DNA of 64,000 nucleotides from an uncultured Armatimonadetes bacterium (GTDB taxonomy: Bacteria; Armatimonadota; UBA5829; DTJY01), in NCBI GenBank assembly GCA_963717145.1, contig OY970325.1, positions 1,152,001 through 1,216,000 of the forward strand, written 5' to 3'. A model generated the notes under the pieces. That model did not search any database. It saw only the letters and a list, made by a program, of their open reading frames with translations, and had not been told where the DNA came from. Positions 9,339 through 17,543 of the stretch are shown piece by piece. The first letter of the stretch is position 1, and every line of letters starts with the position of its first letter. The translations under genes and the position numbers were made by a program.

Positions 9339-11084
9339 ATGCGTACACATCTCATCCTGCTGATCCTCATAACCTCGATAGCAGTATTGGCTGCCGGTGG
9401 AAATGCATCTCCAAATCGGGACCTCGCCCCGGACACATGGGTTGCCACGGACGCGCTCGGGCGGATGCTCCCGGGCCATGTGGAGTGCGGGCCGCCGAGG
9501 GACGGGAAGTTCGTCGGCATCTTCTACTTCACCTGGCTCGGTCAGCACTCGACCACCGGCCCGTGGGACATCACGAAGATCCTGGCCGCTGATCCGGACA
9601 ACCCGCAGTGGGGGCCCGAGCAGCATTTCCATCACTGGGGCGAATCGGAACTCGGCTACTACGTCTCCACGGACGAGTACGTCATCCGCGCTCACGCCCG
9701 GATGCTCGCCAACGCGGGGATCGATGTCATCATCTTCGACGTCACGAACTCCTTCACATACGCCAACGTCTACATGAAGCTGTGTGAGATCTACACGCAG
9801 CTTCGGAAGAATGGATACCGCACGCCACAGATCGGCTTCATCGCGCACTCGGCCGAGGAGCAGACGGTCGAGAAGCTCTATGACGACTTTTACTCTAAGG
9901 GGCTCTATCCCGACCTCTGGTTCAGGTGGAAAGGGAAGCCGCTCGTCCTGGCTGACCCGGCGAACATGCCGCAGCACCTGCGAGATTTTTTCACGTTCCG
10001 GCACTCGTGGGCATGGCACGATCCCAACGGCTGGTTCGCCGATGGGCATGACAAGTGGCCGTGGCTCGACACCTATCCGCAGGCGATCGGTTGGCATGAG
10101 AAGGGGGTCGCGGAGTTTGTGTCGGTCAGCGTCGCCCAGCATCCGATGACGAACATCGGGCGGAGTTTCCACGACGGCAAGGAGCCCGAGCCGAAGGACC
10201 AGCGGCCGGCGGACGGGCTCTTCTTCGCCGAGCAGTGGAAGCGGGCGCTCGAGGTGGACCCGGAGTTCATCTTCATCACCGGCTGGAACGAGTGGGTCGC
10301 CCAGCGATTCCTGGCGGACGGTGTGTACAATCTCATGACGGGCAGGAAGCCGGCGAAGGGCGAGACGTTCTTCGTGGACACCTACAACCAGGAGTACAGC
10401 CGCGACATCGAGCCGATGAAGGGCGGCCACACGGACAACTACTATTACCAGATGATCGACGGCATCCGCCGGTTCAAGGGCGTCCGCGCGCCGGAGACCG
10501 CTTCCGGGCCGAAGACGATCCGCATCGACGGACGGTTCGCGGACTGGACGCTCGTGAAGCCGGAGTTCCGCGACTGGGCCGGCGACACCGAGCACCGTGA
10601 CTCCCAGGGCTGGAACGATACGCTGCATTACGTGAACAACACCGGGCGCAACGACTTCGTACGGCTGAAGGTCGCCTACGACCAAGAGAACGTCTACTTC
10701 TACGCCGAGACGAAGGACCCGATCACGCCGCAGACGGATCCACGGTGGATGCTCCTCTACATCGATGCCGACTGTGACCCCAGGACCGGCTTTAACGGCT
10801 ACGATTTCATCGTGAACCGCGATGTGCTGCACGTCACGTCGGTCAACCCGATGAAGTACCCGGAGCTGAATGGGCGCGATCGTCCCCGCCCGTCATATGC
10901 GGTTTCGGGCAATAAGCTGGAGGTCTCCATTCCCCGATGGGTCTTCGCTTCCGCCGGGAAGCCGGTCAAGCTCAACTTCCATTGGGCGGACAACATCCAG
11001 AAGGCGACCGACATCATCGATTTCGCGGTCAGCGGCGACAGCGCCCCCGACCGCCGCTTCAACTACCACTTCGAGGGAAGATAG
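9339..11084 (+). CDS. Secreted GH99/GH71-like glycoside hydrolase
   Basis: Signal peptide; VGIFYFTW, HHWGE..LGYY, AGIDVIIFDVTN, ITGWNEW and SRDIEP motifs. Confidence 0.65.
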   Translation: MRTHLILLILITSIAVLAAGGNASPNRDLAPDTWVATDALGRMLPGHVECGPPRDGKFVGIFYFTWLGQHSTTGPWDITKILAADPDNPQWGPEQHFHHWGESELGYYVSTDEYVIRAHARMLANAGIDVIIFDVTNSFTYANVYMKLCEIYTQLRKNGYRTPQIGFIAHSAEEQTVEKLYDDFYSKGLYPDLWFRWKGKPLVLADPANMPQHLRDFFTFRHSWAWHDPNGWFADGHDKWPWLDTYPQAIGWHEKGVAEFVSVSVAQHPMTNIGRSFHDGKEPEPKDQRPADGLFFAEQWKRALEVDPEFIFITGWNEWVAQRFLADGVYNLMTGRKPAKGETFFVDTYNQEYSRDIEPMKGGHTDNYYYQMIDGIRRFKGVRAPETASGPKTIRIDGRFADWTLVKPEFRDWAGDTEHRDSQGWNDTLHYVNNTGRNDFVRLKVAYDQENVYFYAETKDPITPQTDPRWMLLYIDADCDPRTGFNGYDFIVNRDVLHVTSVNPMKYPELNGRDRPRPSYAVSGNKLEVSIPRWVFASAGKPVKLNFHWADNIQKATDIIDFAVSGDSAPDRRFNYHFEGR

Positions 11085-11105
11085 GACTTAGCAGGAAGTT
11101 CTGAT

Positions 11106-11687
11106 ATGGCTTGGTACATAGTTTCCGCTGTACTATTCGTTCTGTTTCTCTACGGCGCGGTGTTCAACGCTCTGGCTTTCTGGAATCTCATCATCAAGAA
11201 ACGGAAGTTCCCCTCGGGCGTCCCATTTGGCTCGGGGATACTGGGAGCCATTTCACTGCTGGTGTGGCCGGAGTTTCGATTGGCGCGCTACGCATGGATA
11301 CCCCTTGTAGCCGATGTCGGCTGTGTGCCATATCTCTGCATTGCCCTCCCGCAGGTTGGCCGACAGATGTACATGATTGACCGTTTCTTCAGACTGGCGA
11401 CATTCCGGTCCACGGTGATGCACGATTCATTCGTGACACTCACCCTCTATAAGACAGGCACGTTCGTTCTGAGAAAGGAGACCACCAAGCCGACGTGGTC
11501 AGTGCTTGGCGCCAGCGGGAATTGGAGTCGCGAGGGAACGGGCCTCTCATTGCCGGTCTACGGCATAGATGTAAGATATGCACTTGGCGAGGAAGAGGGC
11601 ATACTTGTCTTGAGGTGGTGCCCTGAGAACGAACCGTCGATTCTCGAGCATACTGATCTGCGCCTGACTCACGGGCAACTCAACTGA
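11106..11687 (+). CDS. Hypothetical membrane protein
   Basis: 193-aa ORF with 2-3 hydrophobic N-terminal segments; fills the intergenic gap; visibly lower GC. Confidence 0.6.
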   Translation: MAWYIVSAVLFVLFLYGAVFNALAFWNLIIKKRKFPSGVPFGSGILGAISLLVWPEFRLARYAWIPLVADVGCVPYLCIALPQVGRQMYMIDRFFRLATFRSTVMHDSFVTLTLYKTGTFVLRKETTKPTWSVLGASGNWSREGTGLSLPVYGIDVRYALGEEEGILVLRWCPENEPSILEHTDLRLTHGQLN

Positions 11688-11696
11688 GGTGATGCC

Positions 11697-13568
11697 ATGC
11701 TGAATTCCTTTGCCATTGCGCTCCTTCTGACAGCGTCATTCTGCACCATCGGCCTTGCCGGACCCATGCCCGGCTTCACGAGGAGTCCGTTCTTCCACGA
11801 GCAGGTGCGGATGGAGAAGACGGCGGACGGCATACGGATGCTGACCAACCTCCCGCAGGTGATGCACCCCGACCGCCCCACCCTCGTGATCTTCTTCGCC
11901 ACGCCGAACGGGAACACCATCGAGCAGACGATGGGATGCGCTCCACTGTTGTCACCGGGGTTGAACCCCGGTGACCTCGACTGGCACTTCGACATCCAGC
12001 ACATCGCCGCCCAGACGCGCGTCCTGCGGGACATCGACCGCACGCGGAACATCGTGCTCGTCTGCATGGAGGCGGAGGGCCTCAGTTGGCCGACGTGGCG
12101 CTCGAGGCACGATCAGGCGATCATCCCCGAGACGCTCGAACGCGTGCTCCGCGGCCGGGAGGGCGAAGCTCCGTCTGAGCCGAATGCTTCGGTAGCGTCA
12201 CTTGGTTCTGCTGCCGAAGCATTCGGCTCAGACGGAGCTTCGCCCTCCCGGCCGCGGGTGACCGCCGTGGTCACCGGCCACTCCGGCGGCGGGAGCATGA
12301 TCACCGGCTTCATCAACGCGTATGATGCGATCCCCGCGTGGTGCGAGCGGATCGCCTACCTCGACTCGAACTATTCCTACTCCGACGAGGAGAAACACGG
12401 CGACAAGCTGCTCGACTGGCTTCGAGGGTCGGATGATCGCCAGCTCGTCGTGATCGCCTATGACGACCGGGAGATCATGTTCGATGGCAAGAAGGTCGTC
12501 GGGCCCACCGGCGGTACATACCGCGCCTCCCACCGCATGATCGACCGGTTCGCGCAGGATCTCTCCGTCAAGCAATCGACGTATGGCCCATTCGACACAT
12601 TCGCCCTATTGGATGGGCGCATCAGCTTCTTCATCCATCCGAATCCGCAGAACAAGATCCTGCACACGGTGCTCGTCGGGGAGATGAACGGCCTGCTCCA
12701 AGCAGTCACGCTCGGGACGCCGCTGGAGTCCAAGTGGGGAACGTTCGGCGGTCCGAGGGCCTACACCAAGTGGATTCAGCCCGCGCCAACATCGGTGGCG
12801 AAGATCCCGAATCGCCGGAAGAACGCTCGCGGCGGGATGGCGGTCATGGAGTCGGTCGCGGCGATGCCTCTCGCCGAGCGGGAAGCGATCCTGCTCAGGG
12901 AGTTCAAGCAGGGTAACCTACCCGAGTTCCTGCGGCGATTCGTGACGATCAAGGTCAAGGCGAAGGATGCGAACGGAAAGGAACGCACGGTCGTCTTCCA
13001 GGCGATGCCCGACTACCTCTCCGTCGGCTCAGACGCGGATTTCGTCCGCGCGCCGCTCACTCCGATGACGGCACAGTCGGTCGCCGATGCCTTCGACTGC
13101 TCGCTCCCGACCCGCAAGATGGTGAACGACATCGCGGCCCAGGCGACGGTCAGGCTCGAACCGAAGCCGCTGGGAGAGCCGCGCACGACTGTCGAGACCT
13201 TCATCGCGCACAACTCGATCATCGAGGAGCAGAGGAAGGGGAAGCCGCTCGGGGGACTGGTCGACGGCATCAAGAAGGACGTCGTGATCACCAACCTGCC
13301 GGCGGACCGGACCGACCACGTGGCGATCTACGGCTGGCATCAGCTCGACGGCGCACCGATCCAGCCGCTGACGACGGTTCACGTGAACTGGTACGTCGAT
13401 TACAGTCACGGGATCCGGCTCGTCAAGCGCGCGGTCCTGGTCGATGGCCAGCCGAAGGACATCCGCGACGTCCTCGCCGACCCAGTGCTTCATCCGCTCC
13501 TCAGCGACGAGGGCCTGATCGCGGAACCGTATTACTCGGCGGGGACGCATTCATCCGGCAGCCGATAG
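11697..13568 (+). CDS. Secreted two-domain protein: alpha/beta-hydrolase-like N-terminus plus uncharacterised C-terminal domain; carries two in-frame palindromes
   Basis: Signal peptide; GHSGGG nucleophile elbow; C-terminal IYGWH and YVDYSHGIRLV motifs; SD gaggtg. Confidence 0.65.
   Translation: MLNSFAIALLLTASFCTIGLAGPMPGFTRSPFFHEQVRMEKTADGIRMLTNLPQVMHPDRPTLVIFFATPNGNTIEQTMGCAPLLSPGLNPGDLDWHFDIQHIAAQTRVLRDIDRTRNIVLVCMEAEGLSWPTWRSRHDQAIIPETLERVLRGREGEAPSEPNASVASLGSAAEAFGSDGASPSRPRVTAVVTGHSGGGSMITGFINAYDAIPAWCERIAYLDSNYSYSDEEKHGDKLLDWLRGSDDRQLVVIAYDDREIMFDGKKVVGPTGGTYRASHRMIDRFAQDLSVKQSTYGPFDTFALLDGRISFFIHPNPQNKILHTVLVGEMNGLLQAVTLGTPLESKWGTFGGPRAYTKWIQPAPTSVAKIPNRRKNARGGMAVMESVAAMPLAEREAILLREFKQGNLPEFLRRFVTIKVKAKDANGKERTVVFQAMPDYLSVGSDADFVRAPLTPMTAQSVADAFDCSLPTRKMVNDIAAQATVRLEPKPLGEPRTTVETFIAHNSIIEEQRKGKPLGGLVDGIKKDVVITNLPADRTDHVAIYGWHQLDGAPIQPLTTVHVNWYVDYSHGIRLVKRAVLVDGQPKDIRDVLADPVLHPLLSDEGLIAEPYYSAGTHSSGSR
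11951..11975. repeat. Short palindrome in CDS
   Basis: gtcaccggggtt-g-aaccccggtgac, perfect 12-bp arms. Confidence 0.7.
12149..12257. repeat. Long REP-like inverted repeat in CDS
   Basis: ~48-bp arms ccgcggccgggagggcgaagctccgtctgagccgaatgcttcggtagc with 1 mismatch; the inner hairpin is shared with 27170-27212. Confidence 0.9.
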
Positions 13569-13575
13569 CGGAAAT

Positions 13576-13706
13576 GTCCCCCTTACGAAGGGGGACCGGC
13601 CTCTGGGCCGAGGGGGTTTCTGCACGGCGCAACTCCGGAGATTGAACCGCCAAGACGCCAAGATCGCCAAGGGAACCTGCCCGGACCCCTCCTTATCAAG
13701 GAGGCA
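13576..13706. repeat. Composite intergenic palindrome cluster between convergent genes
   Basis: gtcccccttacgaagggggac; gccaagacgccaagatcgccaag; cctccttatcaaggagg. Confidence 0.65.
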
Positions 13707-13708
13707 AG

Positions 13709-14422
13709 CTAGAGATATCCCAGAGCGGCCATGTCATCCCTAAGGAAGTCGAAGTCGACGGAGCCGTCAGCGGTCTTCCACCGGCCGACGGACTCGGGAC
13801 GCACCTCGATCCGCGCCACCGGGATGCCGAGGAAATCCTCCAGGCGAGCGAGGGTGCGCTCCTGATCGAGGATGAAGTCCTCGAAGCGGACATCGATCGT
13901 ATGAGCCGGCGGCGGGGTGGCCTTCACGATCTCACGCTGGTACTTCCAACTGATCGCTCGCCTGAGACGCACGTCGTCCGTTCGGTCATACGTAATGCCG
14001 AAGTCCCCGAGATCATCGGTCACGTGAGAGCCGAGGATCGAGTCGCGAGGATCGCGCGACCAGTGGATGTAGCGCGCCTCGGGAAACATCCGCACGATCC
14101 AGGGGTAGATGAGCGTCGTCTCGGGGAGCTTCCATCCCTTGTTTTCGGACTCGTTGCCGAGGACGGAGACCAGATACGACTCGACCAGCCGAGTGAACTC
14201 CGGGTCGATCGGCATCGAATGGAGCTTCGAGAAGTCCCACTTGAGGCCGCCGAGGTGGGTGACGTTTCGAGCCATCACACGACACGCCTCGTACATGTCA
14301 TCCGGCGGGACGAGGTCATAGGAACGGTTCAACTGCGCACCCATGTAGACGCCGCTTTCCACGAGCGTCTGGGACATGGCGCGAGTGCCCCCGTGCCCCC
14401 GACCGATGATTGTAATCAGCAT
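13709..14422 (-). CDS. Sulfotransferase family protein
   Basis: N-terminal IIGRGHGGT (5'-PSB loop), GWKLP, RDPRDS (3'-PB), VRFED and VGRWK. Confidence 0.8.
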   Translation of the reverse strand: MLITIIGRGHGGTRAMSQTLVESGVYMGAQLNRSYDLVPPDDMYEACRVMARNVTHLGGLKWDFSKLHSMPIDPEFTRLVESYLVSVLGNESENKGWKLPETTLIYPWIVRMFPEARYIHWSRDPRDSILGSHVTDDLGDFGITYDRTDDVRLRRAISWKYQREIVKATPPPAHTIDVRFEDFILDQERTLARLEDFLGIPVARIEVRPESVGRWKTADGSVDFDFLRDDMAALGYL

Positions 14423-14439
14423 TCGTTGTCAGACCCTCT

Positions 14440-14910
14440 CTAGTCCAGCCGCTTCTCCATGATCGTGCAGTCGAAGTCGATCCCCTGAGCGTTGCAGTGG
14501 ATGGTGTTCTCAGTTATGGCATAGCCCATGTGCTCATAGAACGGGACGGCGTTCAGCGATCCCCGCAAATGAAGCCTCTCCACCCCGGCGCCTCTCGCAA
14601 GCTCCTCGACGAATCGCATCAGCGCGCCGCCGATCCCTCTGTGCGCGTACTCGGGAGACACGTACACCATCTCGACGTCACCACTCTCAAGGTGGATCGT
14701 CGCGAACCCGGCGATCGCGCCGTCGAACTCGGCGACGTAGGTTCCGCCCGAACGAACGCGCTCCAAGGCCTGCTCGATGGAGAATCCCCCGGCCCACGAC
14801 TCGATCTGGAGAGCGTTGTAGTGATCCTTCGCCAGATCGCGGATCGATGACGAGAAGATGTGCTCGATCTCTGCTGCATCGGCCTCGACCGCCCGGCGGA
14901 TGGTCACCAT
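14440..14910 (-). CDS. GNAT family N-acetyltransferase
   Basis: VYVSPEYAHRGIGGAL and NAVPFYEHMGY motifs. Confidence 0.9.
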   Translation of the reverse strand: MVTIRRAVEADAAEIEHIFSSSIRDLAKDHYNALQIESWAGGFSIEQALERVRSGGTYVAEFDGAIAGFATIHLESGDVEMVYVSPEYAHRGIGGALMRFVEELARGAGVERLHLRGSLNAVPFYEHMGYAITENTIHCNAQGIDFDCTIMEKRLD

Positions 14911-15910
14911 CTACGCCTCGATCTCGACGATCCGGCCGGTTTCCAGGGATTCGATCGCGCCGTGGATCACCCTCTGGGCGGCAAGGCCGTCCGCGCCCGA
15001 GCCGTCGATCTCGTCGGGTGACGCGCCATCCGAGACTTGCTGGAGGAAGCAGTGGATCCGCTCACGGAATGTATCGTTGAAGTCGCGATATCCGCCGAAG
15101 ACCGGGTTCGTGTAGACCTGCTTGACCATCGAGTCCGCGGGATAGAGAGTTGCCTCCCGCCACATGTCCTCGAGGACGAACCGCCCATCCACGCCCGCAA
15201 CTTCACACCGCTCCATCGGATGACCCCGGCCGATGTCGTAGCTGCTGGTGAGATGTCCGACCGCGCCGTTCGCGAACTCCACGTTGATCGATGCGGTCGA
15301 CCAGATGCTCCGCCCGGGCGACTTCATCGCGAAACACTGGACGCGGGCGATGTCGCCGCAATAGTAGCGCATCATGTCGATCGAATGCGGATTGAGCGCC
15401 TTCATGTGGAAGAACGGCGACTCGAACTCGCCGGGCCGCCCGATCCAGAGCGCCATGTTGCAGAAGAGCAGGCTTCCAATGCAGGCCGTCATCGAGCCAC
15501 TTCCTCGCGAGTCGGGCCGCCGGCGTGAATCGGTGGTTGAAATCTATGCCGAAACAGCGGTTCTTCTCCCGGGCAAGCCGAACCATCTCGCTCGCCTGCC
15601 CGAGTTCGTTGCAGATCGGCTTCTCGCACAGGACATGGCATCCTGCCTCAACCGCCTGGATCGCGGGCTCGAAGTGATCGCTGCAGTACTCGTAACCGCC
15701 GGTCGTGATGCTGCAGAGATCCGGCGACAGGGCCACGAGCATCTCAGGTGCGCTCAGAAACCACGGCACGCCAAGCCGCTCTCCTGCGGCCTGAGCGCGC
15801 TCCGGGATGATATCGCACACCCCGACCAGTTCGGCGAGGTCATCGCTCTTATACACGTCGGCATGGAGATTCCCGATCGGCCCCATGCCGATGACGCAGA
15901 CTCGTAACAT
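14911..15910 (-). CDS. Gfo/Idh/MocA oxidoreductase, one frameshift near 15480
   Basis: GMGPIG, CEKP and NHRF in the upstream frame; ALNPHSID and the C-terminal half in a second frame; close paralog of 26075-27064. Confidence 0.85.
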
Positions 15911-15929
15911 GATGCTACCTTCCGAACGG

Positions 15930-15982
15930 CATGGTCAATGGCTCATTGAGCCATTGACCATGAACCATCAACCATTTCCCAT
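15930..15982. repeat. Heptamer (ACCATCA-like) inverted tandem repeat
   Basis: atggtcaatggctcattgagccattgaccatgaaccatcaaccatt; relatives at 38222-38285 and 43931-44004. Confidence 0.75.
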
Positions 15983-15987
15983 TCTGA

Positions 15988-17398
15988 CTAGAGCTTCTTC
16001 TGCCCGCGCTGAGTCTGAAGCTCCTTTGCCTGGAGCGCCTGGGCGGCCTTCGGCGAGCCGATGTGCAGCGTGTCGTACGCCTGCTGCGACGACTCGAACG
16101 GCGCGCCGTGACCGTGCCAGTTGAGGTTCGTGTAGATCGGGTTCGTGCGGCCCGTTTCCTTCTCGCGCTTCGCGATCCAGGCCTGCATCCGCGCCTCGAG
16201 CATCGCGACGACCTCGGGCTCCTTGTCAGCTATGTTGTCAGTTCTCGCCCGGATCTCGATCAGGTTGTACAGCTCGACCTCCGGCTTGAAGTGGAAGTCG
16301 GGCTCCAGCGCGTGGATCAGCTTCCACTCCGGCGTGCGCCAGCCGTGCTTGCGCATCCAGGTGCACTCGGTGATGTAGAACTCCGGCTCGGGAACTCGGC
16401 ACTTGCCCTGCATCAGCGGCACGAGGCTGCGGCCGTCGAACTTGATCTTCGTCTTGACGCCCAGCAGGTCGAGGATCGTCGGCATGATGTCCTTCATCTG
16501 GACGATGTCGCAGAACCGCTCGCCGGCCGGCACCTTGCCGGGCTAGACGGAAGACCAGCGGGATGTGCAGCGTGCGGTCGTAGATGCCGTGATGGTCGAA
16601 CCAGCACTCGTGGTCGTAGAGCGTCTCGCCGTGGTCGGAGTCGATGACGATCAGCGTCTCCTCCTCGATCCCCAGCGACTCCACCGTGGCGAAGATGTTG
16701 GCGATGCAGGCATCCATGTAGGCCACCGCGCCGTCGTACTGCGCGATGATGTAGTCCTTGTCCTTGCAGCGCGGCGGGAACCAGCTCGCGAAGTAGTCGC
16801 AGAACGGCTTGAACGCCATCACGGCATCGAGCGAGCTGGTTATTCGGGTCGAACTCGTCGCCATCATAGAACATCCGCTCGAACGGCTGCGGCGGCAGGT
16901 ACGGCGAGTGCGGGTCCATGTGCCGCAGGAACAGGAAGAACGGCTTGTCCTCGGCCGCAAGCGTCTTCAGCTCGGGGATGGCGACCGTCGTTGAGGTTCT
17001 CGCCTTGGGGCTGCGGCCCTCCTCCCACGATCCCCAGCCCGAGAAGTCGAGGTACTTCTGGAACCCGCGCGAGCCGGCATTGCCGCTGAAGCCGACGCAG
17101 GTCGTGTTGTAGCCGTCCTCGCCGAGGATCTCCGCCAGCGTCTTCACGTGGCCGCCGAGCGGGCCCTCATGCCGCAAGCGCCACGACATCCGTGCCGAAG
17201 CAGTCCATGCCCGGTGAACATGGAGGTGTACCCCGGCGTCGTGGGGATGGACGGGCTGAAGCATTGCTCGAACGTCGCTCCCTGGGCCGCGAACTTGTCC
17301 ATGTGCGGCGTGGTGAGTCGCGGGTAGCCGTAGAGGCTCATGTGGTCCGCCCGCAGGCTGTCGATGCCAAACAATATCAGATTCGGTCGCTTTTTCAT
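15988..17398 (-). CDS. Sulfatase-like hydrolase (alkaline phosphatase superfamily), several frameshifts
   Basis: IDSLRADH, SPSIPTTPGYTSMFTG, HMDPHSPY, YDGAVAYMD, SDHGE, DHHG, DIMPTILDL and ELYNL over several frames. Confidence 0.85.
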
Positions 17399-17431
17399 CT
17401 CAACTCCAGCAGATTAGTCTACCATACCGCG

Positions 17432-17506
17432 GGATGTCATTCTGAGCGGAGCGAAGAATCCGGCCGGTGCGGTGACCGATTCCTCCCTCCGCTCAGAATG
17501 ACATCC
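17432..17506. repeat. GTCATTCTGA-type palindromic element
   Basis: ggatgtcattctgagcggagcgaagaatc ... gattcctccctccgctcagaatgacatcc; same family as 61511-61582. Confidence 0.85.
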
Positions 17507-17543
17507 TCAGGACTCTGTTCTACTCCGATTCCGCAAAACCTTC

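Noticed and set aside
9083-9520. Heptad-repeat ORFs across the 21-bp arrays (also 36882-37544, 36958-37290, 36975-37307)
   Set aside because: These frames are open only because the repeat lacks stops. They overlap real genes and lack convincing starts.
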